Shown here in pieces: positions 8,938 to 19,174 of a stretch of DNA of 59,076 nt. Position 1 is the stretch's first letter. Every line of letters begins with the position of its first letter. Source of the DNA: Acidimicrobiia bacterium. Lineage in GTDB: Bacteria; Actinomycetota; Acidimicrobiia; IMCC26256; PALSA-555. The position numbers and the translations under genes are program-made. The notes beneath the pieces are model-generated. The model had not been told where the DNA came from and searched no databases. It worked only from the letters and a program-made list of their open reading frames with translations. The DNA is taken from positions 1 to 59,076 of the forward strand of contig SHVJ01000002.1 in the NCBI GenBank assembly GCA_009694295.1. Direction: 5' to 3'.

Positions 8938-9930
8938 TTACTTCTGCGTCACCTCGGACGCGTGACGGCCGCGCCACCACCGGCGTAGCGGTCCGGCCAG
9001 CTCGAGCCAACGAGCCCGTTCGGCCACCTGCACCACGTTCGTCATCACCTCGGCAAATCGTTGAGGATCGGCCAGCAACCAGCTGTGACCACCCGGCACC
9101 GAGATCGTCGGTGCATCGCCCAGAGCGTCGCGCAGCGCTTCGATCGATGCGTCGGTGACGACGCGGTCGCGCGGCGACCACACCACCACGACGGGAAGAC
9201 CGCGACGGCGGAGCGCCTCGAGCTCGTCGGTGAGATCGGCTTCACGGGCGAGTCGCGCCGAGCGCCAGAACGAGCGGGGGTCGAGCACGATGTTCGGGAT
9301 CGCCTCCGTGAGCACGGCGGGGAGTACCCGGCCGAGCTGCACGGCGCCGCGCAGGTCGCGCGAGAGATGCAGGCCCCAGTCCCAGATCGGCCGATCAGTC
9401 ATCGGCTTCGCGAGCTCACCATCGTCGGCCCACACCGCGCCACCGATCGAGTTCACGAGGACGAGCGCACCGACCCGGCCGGGATGCTCGTACGCGGTCA
9501 CGATCGAGACACCGCCCCCGAACGAGTGACCGACGAGAAGCACCGGCTCGGTCACACCCAGCTCGTCGAGCAGCGCGATGAGCCACGCGGCGTATCCCTG
9601 CAACGTGCATTCGTCGCTGGGTAACCCGGCGCTGCCGCTGAAGCCAGGCATCGCGGGGGCGATCACGCGCAGACCCATCGCGGCGAGGTGCTTGACCGAA
9701 CCGCGGTACGCGCGGTGGCTCAACCCCCAACCGTGGAGGAACACCGCGGTACGCCCTGCGCCGGCTTCCAGGTACGACACGGAACGACCGGCGACTCGAC
9801 GCCGGTGGAAGCGCAGTCCGGGCGGCCGCGCCCCCGTCTCAGGAATAGCGAGCCTCGACTCCCTTGGACTCGCTGTGGTTGGCGACCGCGTCGGCGAAGT
9901 CGGCAAGCAACTCGTCGGCCACCATCGCAT
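8938..9930 (-). CDS. alpha/beta hydrolase
   Basis: VFLHGWGLS ... VLLVGHSFGGG (nucleophile elbow GHSFG) ... GGHSW. The start is uncertain: the ATG at 9930 overlaps the upstream gene by 92 nt, and there is no canonical start just after the upstream stop. Confidence 0.8.
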   Translation of the reverse strand: MRWWPTSCLPTSPTRSPTTASPRESRLAIPETGARPPGLRFHRRRVAGRSVSYLEAGAGRTAVFLHGWGLSHRAYRGSVKHLAAMGLRVIAPAMPGFSGSAGLPSDECTLQGYAAWLIALLDELGVTEPVLLVGHSFGGGVSIVTAYEHPGRVGALVLVNSIGGAVWADDGELAKPMTDRPIWDWGLHLSRDLRGAVQLGRVLPAVLTEAIPNIVLDPRSFWRSARLAREADLTDELEALRRRGLPVVVVWSPRDRVVTDASIEALRDALGDAPTISVPGGHSWLLADPQRFAEVMTNVVQVAERARWLELAGPLRRWWRGRHASEVTQK

Positions 9931-11056
9931 GCGCAGGCGACAGCATCATGTGCAGGCCGCGCGGCTCGACGTTGCGGTTGAGGTTCCACCCGCGCTGGTC
10001 CATCACATCACCGACGGCATACAGATCGATGGTGCTCGAGTGCAGCGCGAGCACCGGTCCGATCGGTTCGCCAACGATCTCGACCCCCGTCATCGACTCG
10101 AGGCCGCGACGGATCTTCACCACGGTGGCCATCAGGTCACGCATGATCTCGGTGTACCCGTCGAGACCGAGATAACGCATCGCAGCCCACGCCGTCGCGA
10201 TCGGGGCGGCTGGCCGCGCACCCATGATCGCGGGAGAGCCGTACAAACCAGCAGGCCAACGGTCGTAGAGAAAGACCTGGTGACTCGACCAGTCGGGATC
10301 GCGGTGCAGGATCACCGATGCGCCCTTCGGTACGTACCCGAACTTGTGCACGTCGGCCGAGATCTCGGTGACGCCCTCGACGCGAAAGTCCCATGCTGGG
10401 ACGTCGCGACCGAGTCGCTCGAGGAACGGAAGCACGAATCCCCCGACGCACGCGTCGACATGGCACCCGATACCGCTCTCAGCGGCGAGCGCAGCAACGT
10501 CGGCGACAGGATCCATGACGCCATGCGGATAGGAGAACGCGGATGCCACCAGCACCGCGGTCGACGGCCCAACGAGCTTCGCCATCTCGCGCACGTCGAC
10601 CCGCCAGTGGTCGTCGAGGGGCGCCGACACGAGATCCATGCCGAAGTAGTGCGCGGCTTTCGCGTACGCCGGATGGGCGGAGTACGGCGCCACGATCTGT
10701 GGCCGTTCGATCCCTCGGGCGTTGGCCCGCTCTCGGTTCACGAGCATCGACATCAAGATCGACTCGGTGCCGCCCGACGTCATCGTTCCCCCGCCCGCGT
10801 CCGGCACGTTCAGCAGCGCGCCGGTCATCTGCACGACTTCGGTTTCGAGCGCGGCGATCTCTGGGAACTTGAACGGGTTGAGCGCGTTGTGGAAGAGGTA
10901 GCGGCGGTGGACCTCGAAGAACAGCGCTTCGAGGTCGTCGCGACCCGACGGGTACACGAGCCCAAAGAGCCGCGCCGCGTGCACGTCGGGTTCGGTAGCG
11001 CGGCGCTGGTCGAGCTCGGCGAGCACCTCGCTCGCCGGCACTCCTGCAATATTCAT
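9839..11056 (-). CDS. PLP-dependent decarboxylase family protein (sphingosine-1-phosphate-lyase / glutamate-decarboxylase-like)
   Basis: GTMTSGGTESILMS ... HVDACVGGF ... SADVHKFGYVPKGASV carries the PLP-lysine motif of group II decarboxylases. Confidence 0.85.
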   Translation of the reverse strand: MNIAGVPASEVLAELDQRRATEPDVHAARLFGLVYPSGRDDLEALFFEVHRRYLFHNALNPFKFPEIAALETEVVQMTGALLNVPDAGGGTMTSGGTESILMSMLVNRERANARGIERPQIVAPYSAHPAYAKAAHYFGMDLVSAPLDDHWRVDVREMAKLVGPSTAVLVASAFSYPHGVMDPVADVAALAAESGIGCHVDACVGGFVLPFLERLGRDVPAWDFRVEGVTEISADVHKFGYVPKGASVILHRDPDWSSHQVFLYDRWPAGLYGSPAIMGARPAAPIATAWAAMRYLGLDGYTEIMRDLMATVVKIRRGLESMTGVEIVGEPIGPVLALHSSTIDLYAVGDVMDQRGWNLNRNVEPRGLHMMLSPAHAMVADELLADFADAVANHSESKGVEARYS

Positions 11057-11118
11057 CGGGCTCTGGACACGGCGTAGATCTCGTCGTACCCGGGCATCGA
11101 CGTGTCGACCTTGGCCGC

Positions 11119-11154
11119 CGGATGAGGGACCGGATCAGGGACTGGATCAGTCAC
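11119..11154. repeat. 3 x 12-bp degenerate tandem repeat (CGGATGAGGGAC / CGGATCAGGGAC / TGGATCAGTCAC) abutting the amidohydrolase stop codon
   Basis: Read directly from the sequence. Confidence 0.8.
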
Positions 11155-12350
11155 GGCAGACAGTGCTCCGGCAACGGGTGTCGGTAGAGCGCGGCGGCGT
11201 TCTCGTGCGTCATCTTGCGGAGCTCTTCGACAGGGAGGTCACCCCAATAACGCTCGATCACGGCTTGCGTGTTCGGCCACGTGCCGTCGCCGTGTGGGTA
11301 ATCGGTCTCCACCATCACATGGTCAACTCCGATCGCATGGCGCGTCACGATCGTCGACGGATCGTCGAGCGTGCAGAACCAGAAGTTGCGCTTGAGCACA
11401 TCCGCCGGCCGCAGGCCGTCGAAGCCGTCGAGGCCATAGCCCGAGCGGTCGACGATGTTGTCGAGCCGGTCGATGAGCATGCCAACCCAGCCGATCCCGC
11501 CTTCGGACATCGCGATCTTGATGTCGGGGTACTTCACGGCCCAGCCGGCCCACACCCACTCCGCGCACGCGGTGAGCGACAGCTGCCCGAACAACGTGGC
11601 GCCGAGCTGGATCGGCGGGCAGCCCTCCGGGAAGTCGGCCATGCCCGACGAACCGACGTGGAGGCTGATCACGGTCTCGGTCTCGGCACACGCCGCGATG
11701 ATCGGCTCCCAGTAGCTGTCGAAGATCGAGGGGAAGCCGATGCGGTGCGGACGCTCCGGCAACGTCACGGAACGAAAGCCGCGCGCCGCGTTGCGGCGAA
11801 TCTCCTCGGCACCGACCTCCGCGTCGGCAAGCCATGTGATGCCCATCGGGATGATGCGCTCGGGATAGGGCTGCCACCATGCGTCGTGCATCCAGTCGTT
11901 CCACGCGCGCGTGACGGCGAGCCCGAGTTCGGGATCCTTCGCTTGCGAATACACGCGCCCGCAGAAGCCGGTGATCATCGACGGGAAGTTGAGCGACGCC
12001 CACACCCCGTTGATGTCCATGTCGTGGATGCGGGCGTCGATGTCAAAGCAGCCGCGGCGCATCTGGTCGAATCGGAACGGCTCGGAGTTCACCGGCCCGT
12101 AACGACGCCCGACCACGGCGTTCTGACCGGCCTGGAAATGGTTCTGCCCGTCGAACTCCCAGACTTGGTGGTGGTTCTTGGTCTCGATGATCCGAGGGGC
12201 CCGGTCAGCAAACTTGGCTGACAGCCGACCCTCGAACATATCGGGCGGCTCGACGAGGTGATCGTCCACCGAGATGATCGTGTACTTGACCTCGCGCGGC
12301 TCGGGCTCAGGAAGGAACAGGTCCGGGTGGTGTTCGGCGGTCGTCGTCAT
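11151..12350 (-). CDS. amidohydrolase_2 family metal-dependent hydrolase/decarboxylase (paralogue 1 of 4)
   Basis: YTIISVDDHLVEPPDMF ... SLHVGSS ... METDYPHGDGTWP is the same architecture as the ORFs at 24229, 46893 and 49203. Confidence 0.85.
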   Translation of the reverse strand: MTTTAEHHPDLFLPEPEPREVKYTIISVDDHLVEPPDMFEGRLSAKFADRAPRIIETKNHHQVWEFDGQNHFQAGQNAVVGRRYGPVNSEPFRFDQMRRGCFDIDARIHDMDINGVWASLNFPSMITGFCGRVYSQAKDPELGLAVTRAWNDWMHDAWWQPYPERIIPMGITWLADAEVGAEEIRRNAARGFRSVTLPERPHRIGFPSIFDSYWEPIIAACAETETVISLHVGSSGMADFPEGCPPIQLGATLFGQLSLTACAEWVWAGWAVKYPDIKIAMSEGGIGWVGMLIDRLDNIVDRSGYGLDGFDGLRPADVLKRNFWFCTLDDPSTIVTRHAIGVDHVMVETDYPHGDGTWPNTQAVIERYWGDLPVEELRKMTHENAAALYRHPLPEHCLP

Positions 12351-12378
12351 GACTCAGAATCTACGACGCCAGCCGGTC

Positions 12379-13380
12379 TCAGTGTTCGGCGACGTCGAGG
12401 CGGCCTCGCTGGGCCAGCATGTACAAGAGGATGAGCGCGGGCAGGCAAAGCGCGACGGCTACAGCCGCCACCACCAAGATCGCGGTGAGAGTGCTGTCGG
12501 GTGAAGCGGCCACGCCGATCTTCAAGTGCGTCCCCAGCAGGTTCGGATATTGCGCAGCACCCCACCCGCCAACGACGGCAGCCACCGCGCCGGCCGCGAG
12601 CACTCGAGCGGGCGTTGCGGCACTCCGCACGAGCGCGACCAACGCGCCGACACCGCAGACTGCCGAGATGATGACGAGCGGCAGACCATCACTCGTGAGT
12701 CCGTCGAACAGATGCCCGGCATCGTCTTTGAGCACCGCGATGCCAACGAGCGCCACAAGGCCGGCCGCCGCGCCCGCGCCGATCGCGCGCGCTCGGAAGT
12801 ACTGCACGAGGTCGACCGCCTCGCGATGCTGCGCTTCGGCAACGAGGAACACCGCCGCCAGGTAGGCGCACGTAGCGACGGCGAGCACGCCACCGAGCAT
12901 CGACGTGGGGTTCACCCAGGCGTCAACGGAACCACGCGCGTTTCCCAGCGGTACGCGCCCCGATGCGATCCCGCCCGCGACGGTGCCGAGGAAGAACGGC
13001 GTTGCGAGCGACGACACCGCGAAGATCGCACCGAACGTCCGGCGTTCACCGAGCCTCGTCGAGACTCGGAGGAACGCGAAGCCCGCACCTCGCAGCACGA
13101 TGCCGAACATCGCGATGGTGAGTGGGATGAAGAGCGTGGACGTCAGCGACGAGAACGCCGACGGGAAGCCCGTCCACAGCACGACCATGATGAAGATCAA
13201 CCAGACGTGGTTGGCCTCCCACACGGGTGCGAGCGCCGAATCGATGAGTGCGCGCGGTCGACGCCCGCGCGCCTCGCCGCCGGCGACGAGGTCCCAGAAG
13301 CCGGCGCCGAAGTCGGCGCCACCCAACACTGCGTAGAAGATGACGCCGATCCAGAGCACGACGGCGACGGCATCGCTCAC
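12379..13380 (-). CDS. cydB: cytochrome bd oxidase subunit II
   Basis: LGGADFGAGFWDL ... WEANHVWLIF. It is polytopic, and its GTG start overlaps the cydA stop (GTGA). Confidence 0.9.
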   Translation of the reverse strand: MSDAVAVVLWIGVIFYAVLGGADFGAGFWDLVAGGEARGRRPRALIDSALAPVWEANHVWLIFIMVVLWTGFPSAFSSLTSTLFIPLTIAMFGIVLRGAGFAFLRVSTRLGERRTFGAIFAVSSLATPFFLGTVAGGIASGRVPLGNARGSVDAWVNPTSMLGGVLAVATCAYLAAVFLVAEAQHREAVDLVQYFRARAIGAGAAAGLVALVGIAVLKDDAGHLFDGLTSDGLPLVIISAVCGVGALVALVRSAATPARVLAAGAVAAVVGGWGAAQYPNLLGTHLKIGVAASPDSTLTAILVVAAVAVALCLPALILLYMLAQRGRLDVAEH

Positions 13381-14774
13381 GACCGTGCACCTCTCGGTGC
13401 CGGCGCGAGGTCGTCACCGGGCCCGTACGGCACTGGCGGCTCGTCGGCGTCGGCGGCGCGCCATCGACGCGACATCGATCGCAGCACCAAGACCGCGGCT
13501 GTCGCGACCGCGGTATAGAGCACGACGACAACCACCAGGCTCAGCCACACCCCGTCGGCGCGCGTCACCGCATCCTCGGTGCGCAACAGTCCCTGGACCA
13601 CCCAAGGCTGACGCCCCACCTCGGTGACCACCCAGCCGGACTCCATGGCAACCACCGCCGCGACACCGGCGACCGTCGCGGCCCGCAGGAACCACGGCGT
13701 GCGCGGGAGATCGCGTCGACGCCACCACACGATGGCGAACCACAGCGCAAGCGCGAGCAACGCGGAAGCGATCCCGACCATCAGGTCGAAGGAGAGATGC
13801 ACGATGTTGGCGGGCGGGCGGTCGCGCGGCGGGACCGAGCTGAGCCCGGTGATCTTGGTGTTGGTGCTGAAGTCGGCCAGCCACGACGCCAACCCGGGGA
13901 TCTTGATCCCGTAGCGCACTTCCCCGTCGATGAGCACTCCCCCGATCACCTCGGGGGCATGACGCGCGGTGTCGAACACGAGCTCTTGCGCGGCGAACTT
14001 GATCGGCTGTTGTTCGAAGACCTTTCGGGCCGCGACGTCGCCGACGAAGATCTGGAACGGCATCACGACAGCCGCGACGGTGAATGGGATGAGAAACCCG
14101 AGTCGGTGGTGTCGATCGCGTCGGCCGCGCAACATGGCGAACGCATACACACCCGCAACGATGAAGCCGGCGACGAGGTACGCGGCAAGGAGCATGTGCA
14201 AGCCCTCGTGCCAGAACGCGTCGTTGAAGATCACCCGCAGCGGATCCACGTCGACGACGTGCCCGTTGTGCATGCGGAAGCCGCCGGGCGAGTTCATCCA
14301 CGAGTTCGCGGCGACGACCGAGAGCGTCCCGCCGATCCCCGACAGCACAACTGGGATGCCGGTCAGGAAGTGCGGCCACGCTGGTAACCGCTTCCATCCG
14401 TAGATGTACACGGCGAGGAAGATCGCCTCGAGGAAGAAGAACAGTCCTTCGATGGCGAACGGGATGCCATATGCGTCACCGAACCGGTTCATCAGACGCG
14501 GCCAGAGCAAACCCATCTCGAACGTGAGCACCGTGCCACTCACTGCGCCAACCGCGAACAGTACGGCCGCGACCTTTGACCACCGCTGCGCGAGCCGCAG
14601 CGCGTCGGCGTCGCCGCGTCGCAAGCCGCGCCAGTGCGCCACGAGGATGATGAACGTGAACGCCACACCCATCGGCACGAGCACGATGTGGAAGCCGAGC
14701 GTGAAGGCCATCTGCGTGCGCGCCGGCAAGAGCTGCGACGGCTCGGACGCGAGTGCAGCCAGCACGGAGGCCAT
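13377..14774 (-). CDS. cydA: cytochrome bd oxidase subunit I
   Basis: RTQMAFTLGFHIVLVPMGV ... FAIEGLFFFLEAIFL ... GWVVTEVGRQPWVV is the conserved end of the CydA Q-loop region. Confidence 0.92.
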   Translation of the reverse strand: MASVLAALASEPSQLLPARTQMAFTLGFHIVLVPMGVAFTFIILVAHWRGLRRGDADALRLAQRWSKVAAVLFAVGAVSGTVLTFEMGLLWPRLMNRFGDAYGIPFAIEGLFFFLEAIFLAVYIYGWKRLPAWPHFLTGIPVVLSGIGGTLSVVAANSWMNSPGGFRMHNGHVVDVDPLRVIFNDAFWHEGLHMLLAAYLVAGFIVAGVYAFAMLRGRRDRHHRLGFLIPFTVAAVVMPFQIFVGDVAARKVFEQQPIKFAAQELVFDTARHAPEVIGGVLIDGEVRYGIKIPGLASWLADFSTNTKITGLSSVPPRDRPPANIVHLSFDLMVGIASALLALALWFAIVWWRRRDLPRTPWFLRAATVAGVAAVVAMESGWVVTEVGRQPWVVQGLLRTEDAVTRADGVWLSLVVVVVLYTAVATAAVLVLRSMSRRWRAADADEPPVPYGPGDDLAPAPRGARS

Positions 14775-14796
14775 GTGCGCGGAGCCTACGTTTCAA

Positions 14797-14905
14797 GAAT
14801 TTTGGTTCGCGGAATTTGGGTTCGGGAATTCTTTGGTTCGGGAGATTTTGGGTGTGCCGGATTTTTGGTGTGCCGGATTTTTGTTCGGGAATTCTTCGGC
14901 TTCGG
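14797..14905. repeat. seven degenerate 14-17-bp tandem units (consensus about GAATTTTGGTTCGGG) in the cydA leader; low GC
   Basis: The units read gaattttggttcgcg / gaatttgggttcggg / aattctttggttcggg / agattttgggtgtgccg / gatttttggtgtgccg / gatttttgttcggg / aattcttcggcttcgg. The array lies 23-130 nt upstream of the cydA ATG. Confidence 0.8.
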
Positions 14906-14907
14906 AG

Positions 14908-15066
14908 TCACCACGGAACGGAGTTGCACGACCGCTCAACGAGGGATTGACTACCGCCCAGCACGAGTCCGGTGACGAGGAGTAGGCACCGGACCACGCT
15001 CGGCGCCAGCCGCAGGATCCCGGAGCGGTCCTCGACGGGGTGGAGCAGGTGGAGCAGTCGATCCAT
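14908..15066 (-). CDS. candidate 52-aa small membrane protein upstream of cydA
   Basis: My own translation is MDRLLHLLHPVEDRSGILRLAPSVVRCLLLVTGLVLGGSQSLVERSCNSVPW. It has one hydrophobic helix and mostly G/C third codon positions. GAGGG sits too close to the ATG to be a convincing SD. Confidence 0.25.
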   Translation of the reverse strand: MDRLLHLLHPVEDRSGILRLAPSVVRCLLLVTGLVLGGSQSLVERSCNSVPW

Positions 15067-15152
15067 CCCTCAGCCCGTCGGGCACCTCATACGCGGGCCC
15101 GCCACGATCACTCGCGGTCGGGCTCAGCCCACTGAGGGAGGAAATGATTCAT

Positions 15153-15245
15153 ATGACGAAGCGCATGGTTGCCCGTTTGGGCGCTCTGCTGGCTGGCATC
15201 GCGGGTGTGGTGCTGGCTGGTGGGGCTGGTTGGAGCATCAAGTAG
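15153..15245 (+). CDS. candidate 30-aa small hydrophobic peptide
   Basis: My own translation is MTKRMVARLGALLAGIAGVVLAGGAGWSIK. GGGAGG lies 11 nt upstream of the ATG. It is below the ORF-track size cut-off. Confidence 0.3.
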   Translation: MTKRMVARLGALLAGIAGVVLAGGAGWSIK

Positions 15246-15357
15246 TCACGGCATCACGCCGGCTCGGGATCCTGCAGGCTGGACGCTGGAACAGCTCTCT
15301 TTCCTCACAGGGGATACCTGGCAGTTCGGGACCGAACCTGCCAACATTCACCGGTAC

Positions 15358-16702
<1,345 letters not shown>

Positions 16703-16707
16703 CTCAC

Positions 16708-17517
16708 TCAGTCGAGTGTGCCGCCAAATTCCTGACCGCCGACTGCGGTAACACCGCCGTCGACGACGATCGCTGAGCCGTTCACGTAGCTCGCTTCGTC
16801 GGAGAGCAAGAAGCGCACGACTCGGGCCACCTCGTCGGGGTGCGCCAAGCGACCGAGCGGCACCGTGCGCTCCAACTTCTCGCGTGAGCCCGGCGTCGCG
16901 ATTGCGGGACTCAGCATCGGCGTCTCGATGTAACCAGGGCACACGGCGTTCGCCCGGATGCCCTCAGGACCAAGGCGGTGCGCGAGCGATCGGCTGAGAC
17001 CGATCAGCCCGTGCTTGGACGCGACATATGAAGGAATTCCGCCGTGGCCGATCAAGCCTTCGATCGACGCGATGCCCACGACCGCCGAACCGGGATTCGC
17101 GGCACGCAGCGCTGGGAGGAGCGCGGAGACGATCAGGCCGTGCGCGCGCAGGTTCACATCAAGCACGAAGTCCCAGGTGTCGGCGTCGATCACGTCGTCG
17201 AGAGCGGGCCGCACCATGCCCGCCGCGTGCACGAGACCACCGATCGAACCGAGCGCAGCCAACGAAGGTTCGACCGCAGCGATGATCTGGGCGCGCTCCC
17301 GCACGTCGACGTGTTCGCCATGCGCGGCGACGCCGAGAGCCGCGCACTCCTTCACCGTCGCGGCGGCGCCGGCGTCCTCCACATCCCAGACGGCAACCGG
17401 TCGCCCAGCCGTCGCGAGTGCGAGCGCACACGCCCGTCCGATGCCGGAAGCGCCACCAGTCACGACCACACCGGTTGCGGGGGTTCCGAGCAGCTCAGGC
17501 ACACGGACCTCCGACAT
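16708..17517 (-). CDS. short-chain dehydrogenase/reductase (SDR)
   Basis: VVVTGGASGIGRA ... SYVASKHGLIGL (YxxxK) ... NAVCPGYIETPM. Its ATG overlaps the stop of the upstream ligase (ATGA). Confidence 0.9.
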   Translation of the reverse strand: MSEVRVPELLGTPATGVVVTGGASGIGRACALALATAGRPVAVWDVEDAGAAATVKECAALGVAAHGEHVDVRERAQIIAAVEPSLAALGSIGGLVHAAGMVRPALDDVIDADTWDFVLDVNLRAHGLIVSALLPALRAANPGSAVVGIASIEGLIGHGGIPSYVASKHGLIGLSRSLAHRLGPEGIRANAVCPGYIETPMLSPAIATPGSREKLERTVPLGRLAHPDEVARVVRFLLSDEASYVNGSAIVVDGGVTAVGGQEFGGTLD

Positions 17518-19130
17518 CAGGGCTGTTGCGCGGCGAGCGCCCGCTCTTTGGCCCAGCGATAGTCGGCCTTGCCGTTGGGACCGCGCTGGATCTTCTCGAC
17601 CAACACCAGCTCGCGCGGCACCTTGTAGCCGGCGAGCTCCGTGCGGCACTGAGCCTGGAGATCCTCGAGCGTGAATGACTCGCCGCCGCGTGGCGCAACC
17701 ACCGCGACCACGCGCTCTCCCCAGCGTTCGTCGGGCACGCCGACCACGAGCGTGTCCTGCACGCCGGGATGCGACAGGAGTGTGGCTTCGACTTCCTCGG
17801 GAAAGACCTTCTCCCCGCCAGTATTGATCGCGAGCGAGCCCCGGCCATGCAGCACGATCGATCCGTCGGCCTCGACATGCGCAAAGTCGCCCGACATCGC
17901 CCAACGTTGGCCGTCGACTTCCACGAATGTGGCTGCCGACTTCTCGGGGTCGTTGTAGTACCCGATCGGGAGCCGGCCACGCCGAGCGAGCCGGCCCACC
18001 GCGCCCGAACCTGGCTCCACCGGCTTGAAGTCGTCGTCGAGCACGGCCGTGCGGTCGTCGACGGCGAAGTGTGCGGAGGATGGTGCATCGCCACCTGGCT
18101 CACGGCGCTCGTTCCCGACCACGCCCGTCTCGGTGGAGCCGTACCCGTCGACGATCATCACGTTGGGAAGCGCCTCGCGGGCGAGCTCCTTCGTGGTGGA
18201 TGAGCACAACGCTCCGCCCGATGCGAGGACGAACAATGACGAGAGATCCCAGCGATCGGGGTGCTCCCGCACGAGGTCGATCACCGGGCGCACCATCGCA
18301 TCCCCGACGAGCGTGACGAAGTTCGCTCGCTCCTTCTCGATGAGGTCGAGCGTTCCCGCCGGCTCCCACGCGCCTGGCGCGCAGTACACGACCTGCCCTC
18401 CGGCATACAGCGTGGAGAACGTGGACCAGTGGCCGCTCACGTGCATGAGCGGTGGCGTCACGAGCTGCACTGCGCCGGTCTCGGGAATGCGCTCCGAAAG
18501 CTGCTCGGGCTCGGTGATCGGCGACGTGCGTGCAGGATCGCCCCCGCCGAGTGCGCCGAAGAAGATGTCTTCGTGCGTCCACATGACGCCCTTCGGCATG
18601 CCGGTGGTGCCACCCGTGTAACAGAGGTACAGATCGTCGCTGGCGCGCCCGTCGAACGAGCGAGTGGCGGGCTGCGCGGCGAGTTGCGCCTCGTACTCCA
18701 CGGCGGCATCGGACACGGACTCGCCGCTGTCGTCTTCGACCACAACGAGATGGCGCAGCTTGGGGATCTTGGAAACAACCGCGGCGACCGCCGGGCCGAA
18801 ACGTCGGTGAAAGATGAGCCCCACGAGGTCGGCGTCGGTGAAGAGGTGCTCGAGCTCGCGCTCGACGTAGCGGTAGTTCACGTTCACCGGGACGGCGCGC
18901 AGCTTGTAACAAGCCAGCATCCCCTCCACGTACTCGGTGCCGTTCAGGAGCTGGAGGCCCACGTGGTCGCCCCGACCGATCCCGGCGCTCGCGAGATGGT
19001 GTGCCAGGCGGTTGGATCGCTCCTCGAGCTCGGCGTAGGTCACCCGCCGGTCGTGCGCCACCAGCGCAGTGCGCTCCGGCACCGCATCGACCACACGCTC
19101 GAACAGCTCAGAAAGGTTGTAGGACGACAT
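17517..19130 (-). CDS. acyl-CoA synthetase (FadD-type AMP-dependent ligase)
   Basis: YTGGTTGMPKGVMWTHEDIFF ... GYGSTETG ... SGDFAHVEADGSIVLHGRGS..INTGGEKVFPEEVE are ANL-family motifs. ATG at 19130, with an alternative TTG at 19139. Confidence 0.9.
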   Translation of the reverse strand: MSSYNLSELFERVVDAVPERTALVAHDRRVTYAELEERSNRLAHHLASAGIGRGDHVGLQLLNGTEYVEGMLACYKLRAVPVNVNYRYVERELEHLFTDADLVGLIFHRRFGPAVAAVVSKIPKLRHLVVVEDDSGESVSDAAVEYEAQLAAQPATRSFDGRASDDLYLCYTGGTTGMPKGVMWTHEDIFFGALGGGDPARTSPITEPEQLSERIPETGAVQLVTPPLMHVSGHWSTFSTLYAGGQVVYCAPGAWEPAGTLDLIEKERANFVTLVGDAMVRPVIDLVREHPDRWDLSSLFVLASGGALCSSTTKELAREALPNVMIVDGYGSTETGVVGNERREPGGDAPSSAHFAVDDRTAVLDDDFKPVEPGSGAVGRLARRGRLPIGYYNDPEKSAATFVEVDGQRWAMSGDFAHVEADGSIVLHGRGSLAINTGGEKVFPEEVEATLLSHPGVQDTLVVGVPDERWGERVVAVVAPRGGESFTLEDLQAQCRTELAGYKVPRELVLVEKIQRGPNGKADYRWAKERALAAQQP

Positions 19131-19174
19131 GCCGAGCAAAGGCTACTGACTGGACCGGGGAAGGCGGCTAGAAC

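Noticed and set aside
14797-14905. Possible CRISPR array. The same was considered for the repeat tracts at 6273, 11119 and 29709.
   Set aside because: The units are 12-17 bp and directly abutting, with no spacers, and there are no cas genes. They are simple tandem repeats.
15169-15357. N-terminal extension of the HD-domain ORF (MPVWALCWLASRVWCW...).
   Set aside because: It overlaps the better-supported 30-codon ORF in another frame and has a Trp/Cys-rich composition atypical of real proteins. The start was moved to the ATG at 15358, but this remains uncertain.
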